The position numbers and the translations under genes are program-made. The notes below the pieces were generated by a model, which saw only the letters and a list, made by a program, of their open reading frames with translations, made no database searches and was not told where the DNA came from. A stretch of 64,000 nt of DNA from Anthoceros angustus (taxonomy: Eukaryota > Plantae > Anthocerotophyta), in the NCBI GenBank assembly GCA_010909165.1, contig MU008198.1:402216-466215 (forward strand), in the 5' to 3' direction. Numbering within the stretch: the first letter of the stretch is position 1; each line of letters begins with the position of its first letter. Shown piece after piece: positions 35,862 through 48,000 of this stretch.

Positions 35862-38358
35862 TCAAATTTGTTCAAAATAACGATTCCGTTCCCAGTCCGT
35901 CACAGATTGCAAAAAGGCCAGGTGCTCGGTGTGGAAGAAATGAGCATAGTGATGGTGGACGTCCTCCCCTCCTAAGAGCTGTTTCGCGAACGAGCTCTCC
36001 TTAAATGCTTCTATAGCTTCTCCCTGTAGAAAAAATAGGAAACGAATGAAACCCAGAAAAACTACTCTACAGAGGGACCTTCCCGCAAGCATGTGAGGCT
36101 TACCAAAGACTGCGGAACTTTGAACAAGTCTTGAGCATTGACGTAGGCATCTCCCTTGTGTTGAGGCGGAGGCTCGATTTTGTTGCGAATGCCGTCCAGA
36201 CCTGACCCCAGGGCGGCAGCGAAGGCCAAGTACGGGTTGCAATCGGCCCCAGGTAATCGGCATTCCACCCTCAGGGACTTGCCTGATCCCAATACTCTGA
36301 ACGGCGTGGTCCGGTTGTCAAGACTCCTGCGTGATCCGTGTCAGGTAGCCTGTTCGCTTTGCCCTTGAGCCGAAATTAACCAATAACGCTAGCATGATCT
36401 CAGCTTACCATGCAATGTGCGTTGGAGCCCAGCTTCCAGCTATGAACCGCTTGTAGGAGTTGACAGTTGGTGCATAGAACACCATCATTTCCCTCGTGTG
36501 CTTCATCCATCCGCCTAGGAACCACCGGAACTCGTCACTGAGAGGCCACATGCAGAGTTCTGTTCAGTCAAGGCATTTTCCGAGCTGGAAACAGGATATG
36601 TGGAAACTTTCATCATCCTCAACCTGCATGATAAGGAGTCCAGTTTGCTGTCACCGTGGAAGATGTTGGTCCCATCTCTCCACAGACTTAGGTGGATGTG
36701 GGAGCTTGATCCGGGTTGGGATGAATCAGGTTTGGCCATGAATGTGACAGACACTCCCAAAGACTCTGCAAGCTCCTTCAGGCACTGGATCATGGAGAGC
36801 ACTTCGACGACATGAGATTGGCCAGTACCGTTATCTTTGTCATGCTTTGTAGAAAGGAGGATAACAACCCACCTGCTTGTACACTACATGACGATCTGCC
36901 ATCTCCAGCACTGTCCCGTATTTGACATTTAGCTCGTGCTGTCCGTGACCATATTCTCCTTTGCTGCAGTATGGGGCAGACACTGCATTAAGGGGGGCAG
37001 TTCATCAGATGATGTTAAAGCTGTGAGGCTTGCAGACTGTACCTGTTTTCCACAGGAACCCCGGATGCTTCCAGGTGCTTCCGTGCTGGCCCTGCAGAGG
37101 TGGATTAGAACATGAGGCTGCTGAGTTCAGGAAGATGTTTTACGAGTCGTCAATACCATTGAAGAACTCCTCCCGTGTTCCTTGCAGGATGTGATAGTCT
37201 TCGTTGTGCCATCCTGCAGGTCTCAACCTCGCGTAGCCTTTCTCCTATCCAATTCCGGACCACGCTCAGAAGACCGCACTTTACCATTGCTGTGCAGGAC
37301 AGGAGTCGCTGACAGGGGATTGTGTACGTCACGTTACCTTGGCTTCCTCATAGCTGTCTCGATAAATAAAATACTCCAGTTCTGATGCAGCCTTGGGAGT
37401 CAGATTTCCCAACTCCTTCGCAGCTGTAAGCTGATTCCTCAGGACAGATCTCGGAGCATGAGGTGCCCACGCATGGGTACTGTCATCGACTACATCACAC
37501 AACACCAGTGCTGTTTTATCCAGCCTGCATGAAAACAACAACCCAACACATCAGCCACCAACATTGCTTTCAGACTTCCATGTAGCGGCTGAATCGAGAC
37601 TCACCAGCTTGCCACTCTCAGAGTGCTCATGTCAGGCACAAGATGGATATCCCCATAGCCCAAGTCCCAGCTAGCAAACCTGTAACCCCGAACGGGCTGC
37701 ATATCCATATCCGTAGCAAGCAGATACGAACAAGCATGTGTCCCATCTTGAACTGCACTGCTCAGGAAGAATCCTGGTGTGTACCTGAAACCCCCAGACG
37801 AATTTCTGGTCAGATGGCCTTGATTTCAGCAGCTCCAATCCAAAGCATAGCAGAACATGTTAGCCTTGACTTCATGTAACTTGCCTCTTGCCTACTGTTC
37901 GGCCATAGCAATCTGTCATCCCCACAATCACAGTTTCTATCTCCCCCTCGTCTGCCAGCTTCCGAAATTGCTCGAGTGTCAACATCCCCCTGACCTTCGA
38001 TTCCGTTGCTGTCGCCGCTGCTGAGCTTACCGGCCTGCTGAAAACACTTCTCCTGTACAGCCTGCCTCGTCGAATTCACAGAACGAACAGGACTTGTCAT
38101 CTTTTGAAGCTGCTCGTGGCTGCCTTGCAGTGGCAGCAGTCGAAAGTGCACAGGCAATTCAGTCGTGATCGAAATTTTGCCAAGTGGCGGTTTCACTCAG
38201 GCATACCATGTAGAAGCGGAGGGAGTATTATCATCCAAAAACAGTCCTGATTGACTGTCTGAGGTGCGCACTTTCCATGAGCTGCTGGAAAACCGACGCA
38301 AAGCTTGAGCTGCAGAAGCCAGGTACTGGCGACAAGAGAATTTCACGGCAGCGGCCAT
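35862..38358 (-). CDS. Type I glutamine synthetase-family enzyme of the bacterial GlnA4/gamma-glutamylpolyamine synthetase type, with an N-terminal organellar transit peptide; multi-exon
   Basis: Spliced blocks: RGMLTLEQFRKLADEGEIETVIVGMTDCYGRTVGKR, ASWDLGYGD, PHAPRSVL, ASELEYF, ECGPGQHELN, SVTFMAKP..GSSSHIHLSLW, APTVNSYKRF..GSWAPT, DNRT..RV..RVECRLPGADCNPYLA, VTDWERNRYFEQI*. ATG at 38358 (alternative 38400). One GC-AG donor at 37884. Confidence 0.9.
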
Positions 38359-38629
38359 CAGGATTTTCGAGACTGCGAGGCTGCAGCTGTTGGCAAACAT
38401 GTAAAGCTCGTGGCGGCTCAAAATGCTATATGTAGAACAAAGATGCCGTCCCAGAGGAATCGTGGAATGATTCGTACGATTTAAGGATACATCGCCTGCC
38501 ACAGGAAAGATTACCTTCCTGGGAAGAAGGAAAAAGAAGAGCGGTAGTCAACACACCTCCTCCGATGGAAGACGTGTGAACGTCGGGAGATAGATGAAAC
38601 CCAACATTTTAGGCAAGATGAGAGAAACA

Positions 38630-41600
38630 TTAGAAATTGTGGAACAGCATGATGGAATCGTCCAGTCTGATTAAGGAAGATTCTAGAACAAGGGCAACGC
38701 GCTTGATTCTGGTGGCCCTTTTGCGCTGGTTGTCGCTAACGTGTATTTGTGTTGCGATCGCAGCTTGATTCGCCAGCTGCTGCTGCCTCCTGGCCAATTC
38801 GATCACCTGCCACACAAAGACGCGTGTTCAGTCCAGATTACGGAAAGCCAAGGCGGTTGGTTTCCCACGTGACAACCACTGGGCTCAGACACGCACAAAC
38901 CAGTACTCTCAGCACAAGACTAGAGACGTCTTGGGTTCTCAGTGTGGAAATGTTTTCGTCATCATTGCCCCATGATGTCTGCAGAGCTTCTTAGGCTTAC
39001 AAGTTTCAGAAAAAAGATGGCCAAATTTAAAGCAGAGCAAACACGAAGGGCGAAGCGGAGTGCTCTTGTGTACCTCCTTTTCCTGCTCCAGTTCGTACTG
39101 AAGACGCTGACAGAGGTTGAAAGCAGCGTGGGCCATGTCATCCCGTGCACGAGCGAAGGTCAGTGAGTAGTTAACGTGCCAAAGATACATGGTCTTGGAT
39201 GGAGCTCGGTCGGCGGTTTTCGGCACCTCCTGCACATGGCCAGTCAGAAGCGACCACAGCATTGCAACGGCACAAAGGAAATGGAAAGCGCTTGCACACA
39301 ACGCACCTGAAGTGATATGTACTCCTCTTTATAAAGATTGTACAGACGTTCTCGTGCATCCTTCACCGTCAAAAGAGTGTTGTCTGCAATCTAAACATCA
39401 AGGACTCAAAAACTTAGAAGTGCCTCCCATCCAGAACAAGCTCGATGCAACCACATGCATGTCATGTCATAATGCAAGCAATGGTAGATTTCCAGATCCG
39501 GAACATGAGCAGTCACAGGTTGAGTCTCAACCTGCTTCTGGTCTAGATGCCCTTTCATGGCCAGAAGCCTGTAAATGCGACAGCTTTCCCTTCCAAACCG
39601 CTGCAGAACTATACCCTCTACCTGCAGCAACAACATTAACCGTTCTGGTGAACAACTGCATGAATACAGGCGAACTTAAGGTACAGAAACCGAGTCCTAT
39701 TAGCATACTACCTCATTCTTCCGAGCTGCATCAAGAATCTTTTGGAAGTCTATGGAGGTACATGTCAAGAAAGTTATACAGAAATTTAATTCATCGGGCA
39801 CTAAGTTCCAAGGATCAGCACACCAAACGAAAGGCTTTCACAGCTAGCTCAAAAAATTCCTGTCCAAAAGGATACTGATAATGTATCGCATGTCTCCCAA
39901 TCGCGTTACATAACCTACAGTTTGAGCAGACATCATCTGCAATGCCCCCCTTACACGCTCCATGGAGAGATCTTGGCCCTCCTTAGACATTCTTGCAGCG
40001 GTCATTATATCATCAAAGGCTAATGCGGCTGCAGTAGCAAACATGCATTAGTGGTCAAAGAGGAAAATTCAGTGGCAACATTTCCGGTCAAAGGATGAAG
40101 AAGGGTCAGTCACCTGAGAATTTCTGACTGGCGGACGTATTTTCCTGTCTATTTAGTAGTTCTACCATTGCAGCAAACACTGTGCCTGCTCCAGCATCAA
40201 TTCTTGACCTAATTTGTGTTGTGCATGCCTGAAGCAAAGTGAACACGAAATATTAGGAGGTCCTTATTTGCTCCAAATTCAACCATTCCATCAGGGAGTC
40301 AGATTTGCTACTAAACATACTGTACCTCTAAACGGAATCTTCGCATAAACTCCTCAAAGTTAACACGCCAGAGAACTTCCTTCTCATCAACCAAGGCCAT
40401 GGTCTGTGCATCCATAGCTAGAGCGTCCCTCTTCCGCTGTCACAGAAAAACTAAAGAGGTAAACGATCAATGCCAAAATCTCCTCTTCAACTCGCAGTAG
40501 AAAAAGCCTGTATTGCAGGCATACCCGTGGTCAGATCAAGGGGAAGAGTGTTTGCTAAATTGTTACCTTCTGACCTACTTCAAAGGCATCATCGTCGCCT
40601 GGGGCATTTTCAATAACAGGAGGACCAGTTAATGATGCAGGCAAGCGGAATCTTTCAGCCTCCAGAGGAGCTGCTGCTGAACATATTCGCTGTTCCTCAG
40701 ACTCCAACTGGTTCGCTGCTGCTAACGCAGCTCGTCCACGCTGTAGCAGCCTAAAAATTCAGAACAAGCAGTATGTGGCTGCTTCGAGGGGGGCACCACA
40801 AAGAAGGAGAGAAGCCACTAACCGCAGCACCCCGAGCTGCCTTCTTGGGTGCTTCAGTGGCAGACTTGGGCAAAACTAGTGGCTCTGGAGCAGGACACCG
40901 CTCTACATAATGCGCACGTGCTATGGCACCAAACGTCTCCCTAACAGACACCGCCACCTCACTTTGAGCTGTGCATGAAAACACAAGAAAGGTTCAGCAG
41001 TGAGGACAAGCGGGCAACTCAAAAACTCACACAAACCGTCTCGTTAGCACTTTCACCTTTATTGGTCCTCCCTGCAGCTCTTTGTATAAGCTGCTCCAAG
41101 GTAAGCCGTCCATGTTCCAGGAAACCTACAAGTAGTTGCTCCGCCTGAGCATATGGACGAAAGACTCTGTCAATACTACCTCAGAGAGAGTGAGAGAGAA
41201 CTTAACAAACCCACTAAATAGGAAGACATACCTCTCCACCAAGATCCTTCTCCACAACATGCAGGAACTTTGGAAAGCGGAGCCGGTGTAGGATGTAGTC
41301 TACCAGGGCTATGTACTTAGTGGAAGTTTTCGAATTCTCCACACCAGCTGGTACACCAAATGCAATAAATCAGCTCTGCAAGTGGAGCCTAAGAGAAAGA
41401 ACATGACCACAAATCATCTCGACAGTAAGGCCAGGTACTGAAGGAATTGGAAGACCCACCCTGAACGACGACTTTAAATGCCTGAACACAGTTGTGCTGA
41501 ATGAGAATCAGAAGGCAGTTGCGAACTTGGGGGACACTCAATTCTGTGAAACGAACAATTTCTGGGAAACTGGCCTGTCCCTTTGATATGACACAAGAGC

Positions 41601-41764
41601 AGACTTTCTGCAACCAAGGCAGTCAGTCAGGACGTGTCATCCTTCCGAATTAGCGGAGGAAGGAGAAAGAGCAAACAACCTAACCCTATGCTCACCCGCG
41701 CAATCTCGCCGAAGTGCGATTGAATCAGGCTACAAGCAAGCTCCACTGCATGAGGTGTCACCAT
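38630..41764 (-). CDS. RPC3: RNA polymerase III subunit RPC3 (RPC62/RPC82 family), multi-exon
   Basis: MVTPHAVELACSLIQSHFGEIAR|VCSCVISKG..VRNCLLILIQHNCVQAF; AHYVERCPAPEP; VEGIVLQRFGRESCRIYRLL; C-terminal LESSLIRLDDSIMLFHNF*. Confidence 0.88.
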
Positions 41765-42171
41765 TGAGAATCAGCATGTGCAGACCTGCTTCCAGATACT
41801 CCGCGCCTCAGTCCGTTTTGCAAAAGCCACCAGCTCGCTCATCAGGCGTAATCACGACTATCACAGGTTTCCAAAACCAAATTTCTTGCGCCACCCCGCT
41901 TATATAGATGTGGGGTTTACCAGGATTTAAGGATTAGCGAGAATTCCGGCACCGAGTTGGCTTTCTCAAACAGGTTTCACAAGCCCAGGAAAGAAACAGT
42001 TGGTCCGGAGGAACAGGATCAGGACCCGAATCCGATCAAGCTGGAAGCCTAGCCAGGGAAAGGGGTTGCCTGGACTGGTCGGCTGGTTCGAGACGGTGGC
42101 CTGTGTCCGGCTGGGAGCTTCCTGGGCTGTTGCAGCTCCCAGCGTCGGTGATTATTCAGAAAAGTTTGAAA

Positions 42172-44782
42172 ATGCCGCCCAAAGGGAAAGATGCGAAGAA
42201 GGGGAAGAAAGACCCCATGGCCTTGTTGCTGGAGGAGAACAAGACCATTAAGGAATCCCTTCTTGCTAAAGACCTTGAAATCGCCTGCGGCGCGGCGAAG
42301 ATAAAGCAGCTAGAGGAAAGGTCGATGTACCTCTGTAATGTGAATGAGACACTCCGTCTGGAGGCCAAGACTGAGATTGATAAACTTCTGGACATCGTTG
42401 CGTTCCTGACGGGGTATGCGATGAGATGATCGTTGACATGGGAGCAGGAGGTGGATTGGAAGACTCCCGTTGCAATTTCTGTCCGCTTGTGTATATGGAG
42501 GTTGTGTCCTTCTCAAAATACTTCTGTTGGCAGTGAGAGTAACTCTTGGAAATCCAAGTCGAATGCATTCGAGGCCGCTTGGGAGCAGTTGAAGTTGGAC
42601 CATGCTGCCATGATTGACTCTTATAAGAAGCAGATTCATGACATGACAGATGCCCATGAGTTTGCTTTGGCAAATCTGCAACTGCAGCTGGATGATGCCA
42701 ATGTGAAATTGCGTGACATGCATGACTTCTCGCTAAGGAGGGCAGCTATTGAAGCAGAGATTGCTGGGTATCTTACTTTCTTGCAACACCATTGAAGACT
42801 GTTGGAGTTGGAGTCTTCTTGGTGAGGTTGCATCTGACCACCCATCATGATGAACAGGTTGAAGGAGACACTTGACACAGAACGGAAGCAGCATGCAGAA
42901 GCCATACGCGATGTTGAGTGCCACGCAGTGCAAGAGAAGGAGAGGCTGAAAAAGGAAATGAATCAAAAGATTGCCGAGACCAAGGAGGAGATGGAAAAAC
43001 TTAACGATGCACAGTTGCATGCGGTCAGCATTCCCCTTCATTGGTGCCTTGCACGCGTTTCCTTGCAGACAAACCAGGTTTCAATTTTCTGGGAGACTTA
43101 TCTGAATGGGTCTGGAACTTATCGGTCCTTCAGAAAACCAAGAAGGCGATTGCAGACAACGAACACATGACCAAAGAGCTAGCATATCAAACCAGGCAGA
43201 CCGAGCTACTTTTGCAAAAGAACGAGAAAATCGTCATGGAGAACATTGAGCTGCACCGTACTGTTGACTTGGCACGAGAGGTATCTGCAACCCTTCGTTG
43301 TGGCTCTTTGAGATCCCAAGGCTGTGTGACCGCTGTGCTGCAGAAACAAATGTTTTAGAACCAGGTCTACTCTCTCAAAAGCTGACTCAGATCGGTTACA
43401 TGAACTTGTTCCACAGATTGAGGATGACTTAGCAAGAAGAAATCACATGTATCAAAAGACAATGCGCATACTTGTCTTCAAGCTTCGAGGTAAGCACTCC
43501 CAGGAAAATGTATCTTGAACACAATCAGGTCCGAGATCTGGTCACACCTCTTTCTATGTTTCACACAACCCCATGTCTCCTAAGCGGCAAAATACTGAAA
43601 GCGTTGCATTCAACAGCGCTGCAGACTTCAGAAGAACAACTGAAAAGAATTCTATACGATAATGACATAATCAAAGCTGAAACAGGGAAAGAAGAACAAG
43701 AGGTTCTTAAGGCGGTTGAACATGCTCTTATAAGTGGTCAATCAAAGGTCTTGTTCTATGTCCGCATTCAGGTTGTGATACTTAAATGTTGTGTGATGGT
43801 TGCAGCTAATGGACTTAAAGCTCAAACACCTTCTGTCCGAAAATGCCAAGCATGCATCCAGTGTGGGGGAGGAAGCTATGAAGTTCTTGTATGCATGTCT
43901 GGAAGACATCGAACTGGAAAGGCTGGTTAAGAATTCTGCTGATGGCAACTACGCTGCTGATGACGGTCAACCGTAAGTCAGCCCTTCGGTTGTTCTCTCA
44001 TTCCGAGCGTTCATTGGACAGATACTGAGCTCTCCTTTCATTTGCCTCTGTATATGCAGGCCTGAATTGATTCGTGCGACACCAGATGCTGATATGGGCA
44101 GGCTTGATCAACTCACTTTAGAACAGCGCCAGGGCTTTTTACAGTAAGCAAATCTTACACCTCGGAACTGATACTTCTCACCGTTGACACCATGGGCCCT
44201 CTAATCGCATGGGACGCCTGCTTCAGGAATCTGCTCCGCACGGCCATATCAATACGAGCAGTGTCAGCAGATTTAGGGAAAATGGACACTTATCAGATTC
44301 TCTCCTCAGGTAAGCTGGATCACTTCAGAAAACCTTACAATATGAGGTACTCTCAAGGTTGCTTGGCAGTGAGAGCAAGAGTCTTCATGAAGGGGACCAT
44401 GGAGTGTCACTAACCGGCAGAAAATGCGCACGCAGCTGGGTCTGCCGGTGCCAAGATTTCGGACGTCTCGGTGTCCGACATTCTCGAACTTCCGTTTGAG
44501 AAGCTTAATCTGGATGAGCCCGTCAAGACTGGCAGCAAGAACCTGAACCCCGTTCAAGTTGGGGTGCAAGTGATGGAAAATGTATGTCGGTGTTCTTCCT
44601 GTTTGGTCTTCACTGGCGTCAGCTCTGCTGTTGTTGGTTGGTGGTAGTTACAAACCATTTGTCGTCTGCAGGAGCTTCCTTCGCTGGTACCCCAACTAGC
44701 CCCAGAACACCTCAAGTTTGAGCCAGTTATACCACTCGATACAGCTGCCCTCAAAGCCAAAGCTGGTGGGGGAAGAGAGTGA
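42172..44782 (+). CDS. CFAP157: Cilia- and flagella-associated protein 157-like coiled-coil protein, multi-exon (3' end approximate)
   Basis: MPPKGKDAKKGKK start; TKKAIADNEHMTKELAYQTRQTELLLQKNEKIVMEN..L.R..DLARE|IEDDLARRNHMYQKTMR; EEAMKFLYACLEDI; LDQLTLEQRQGFL. These match FAP157/CFAP157 as recalled. Confidence 0.75.
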
Positions 44783-45091
44783 TTGCCATCGGAGGCACTG
44801 GTACGAGGGGTATGTTAGACGTACCACTCTGTTTGATTGAGGGAATGCATCCCTGTGAATACGGGATCTCTCAGAGCTTTTCTTCCTCTTATTGCAAAAA
44901 AGAGTCAAGTCAGTTCATATAGTACAGTTTTGTATAAGTACAGTTCAGGCCTCAGCCCCCTGGCTGCAGGCATACGAAGGAATTGGGCTTGTACACTCAT
45001 CTGGTACGCTGCATGACCGGAACCTTCAACTGAATTCACGAATTATTGCATTCCAGCGGACTCCTCAAAATTGGCCGGCGAAGCATTAAAG

Positions 45092-48000
45092 TTAAATCCT
45101 AGTCAGCAGAACACAAAATTACGACTTGCAGGAGTGGTAAAAAGACCATGGCTGAGATACGTGTATGGCGTTTTATCCCGCAGGAGATTTACCTATGGTC
45201 AGGGGATGAAATCTTTGAGGTGCCTCCAGAGGCAAGAACATTCTGAAGCTGCGCCACCTGCAGCCATGAAAGGTTAAGAGACCAAACGAACATATTTCCT
45301 GCTATCACGTACAAGAAGGTGCACAGGCCGAACAAAAGATAACATACAAGCTGTTGCAACTCTTCCACTTTCCCGTCACTCTCCCGTTTCTGTTCCAGTG
45401 CACGGGCTATTGCTGCTTCCATCCACCTGTTCTCAGCTTCGACCTGTGATATCACAATCCCAGTATCAGCACTACAACAACAGAACGAGACTAAAAAGTT
45501 AGACAAGGGACTAACGTATGCATCCTGGAACCTGTTCTGTAGCAGCAGCCCGCTGCCTCTCCACCTCCAGCTGCTGCTTCAGACATGCTTGTTCCTGCAG
45601 AGAGAAACCCAGCGTCGACTGATGTGTCAAAACATGAGACAGGACAATTGACATTTGCAACAGTTAAGTGCGTAAGGGCAATCGCGGATTACTCAGACAG
45701 TAGTACCTTCCGTACACGCTCTAGCCATCCTGCATCAACAAGCCACTTTTGTTGCCGTCGACGAGGTGGACCCACAGCATTGAGAGAAAGAGGCATGCTT
45801 TCTTGCTCTGGAGTCCAGCCATCCTCTCCATTCCCATGTCTCGTCAGCCAGGTGTTGCTTGTGCTAGTAACGCTGAAAATACAACGAGACAGTCAGACAA
45901 CTACCCGTGCAAATTCGAGTACGCAGTCCTATAGCAGGAGTAAAAGAGTCTCGTTTTCGGAGAACGTTTGGACAGAATCTTCAGAACTCATACTCTCACT
46001 GACTGCAAATCCAATCAGGGCAGAGAAAGAAAACCTGCTGGCAGCATCCGTGTCCATGAACCTGCTGAGCTGCTCACTGGGACCTGCTAACCATCCAGAG
46101 TCATGCTGAGAGGAGGACAGGCCGTTGGTTGTAAGAAGCATCGACTTCTCTGAGGGCTTTGACACATAAATTCCCATGTTCAGGGAACCTCTCGCTCGTT
46201 TGCGGAAATTGTCAAAACCACCGTCCAGCCTTGAGGAGGTGGGAGATAAGAAGCTCCTATCCTGCAAGGGTAATTGAAACGGTGGATGGCCCCTGGCTTC
46301 GGGAGATATTCTTGTGATATCTTTCTCCATCTGCAGCAATGCAGCATCGACCTCTGCGTTCCGTGTCGCCTTCTCCATCTCTAGCACTCTCACTGCTGCT
46401 TGAGCAGCTTCACACTGCCTCTCGGACTCCGCAACTCTTAACTTCAGGGTTCGAATGAAGGTATCAACCTCTTCCAAATGAGAGGCATGAACCTTCACCA
46501 TCTCGCCGGTCCTCCCAATAGCTGACAGATCAGGTGGTCGGTCCTTGGTGTCATGATTTATGGACCACTCAAGCTCTCTCACTGCCCCTTGAAGTGCTGA
46601 TATGGCATTGCCTGACTCTTCCCTCTCTGCCACGAGCAGTCTCATGAGCTCGCTTTTCTCCTTGATAAGCTCTTGTTCTTTCCGCTGAAGCTCTATCGTC
46701 CTTTGTCTGTCTACTTCCCTGAGCTGCTCCTGTACGCTTGCAGCTTCTTGCTGCTCCTGAGCCCAAGCCTTCTCCCGTCTTTCCCACTCTGCTTCTCTTT
46801 CAAACCTGGCCTGGACCAGTGCAGTTTCCTTCATACTCAACTCCTCCCGAAGACATTCGATAGCATGCATTGCAGCAGATATCTGTCTATCGAAATCAGC
46901 AACTCTATCCACAGCCACTTGCCATTCTTTGTCCCGTCGGTCGACATGAGCTTTATTTTCACTGTAATCTAACCAGAGAGTCTCCAGATCCGGCTTCATA
47001 AGACCTGCCTCTGCATTACCAGTTGCATTCCTGACATCCTCCTCTTGGCTTCGAATGCTCTCTCGCAGTGTCGTGATCTCAGTTTTGAGCTCATCCACAG
47101 TCTGTTGGTGCTGTTTCGTCTCCCTCTCCCTATCATCAAAGAGGAGGGACTTCTCATGCATGAGGATAGAGATGGCTTTGGCCATTTTTAGCTCCTCTAC
47201 CTTGGCCGTCTCTATCCATCTTCTCTTCTCCTGTTCCAACTGTGCTTCTTTCCTAATTGCCTCCTCTTCAAACCGGACAAATTCTTGGCTCTTCTGCTCA
47301 AGCACTGCTTGAGTTGCCTCCAGTTGCTGCATTAAAGTCTCTGTCTGCTTCCCCCATATCAGCTCCTTCTCCTTCATCTCTTGCTTCATTCTGTTCTGAG
47401 AGGCGATGCTCATTTCCATCTCCTGCTCTTTCACTTTTCTCTCTCTCTCTACTTCCCTGTCTAACATCCGGACTTCCTCCCTAAATTTGTGTAAGCCAAG
47501 CTCCATCTCGTGCTCTCTAAAATCTAGCTGTGACTCAAGCTTCTTGACTTCTAAATCCTTCATGTTAAGGGCTTCTTCCATCCGCTTTCTTTCAAACTCC
47601 ATTTGCACCTCATATTCCTTCATTTCTACTTTCAGGCTCTCCACCTGCTGCTCCAACACCTGCTTCTCCTGCCTCAGCTGCTCAGCTCCTGACCTCATAT
47701 CCAATCTCTCTTTTTCAAACCTCTCCTCCTTAGAGCGAACTTCCCTGGTCGTTCTTCGAATTTCGGCCTCCATTTCAATGGCAAGCTTTTCCACATCTAT
47801 GAAATTTTCGGAGGAGGTCTCATCTTGCCTCCTAAGAGCTGCCACATCAATCGACGAACTCACTTCACTGCTGTTGCAAGATTCGTCATGGTCGTCCAAC
47901 CACTGACTTGCTCTTCGAGCTCGTTGCATGCCTTTCCTACTGGTTACCATCTGCTGCTTCATGTCCTCCATACGCTGCCTATTCGCTTCCAAAGTCTCCA

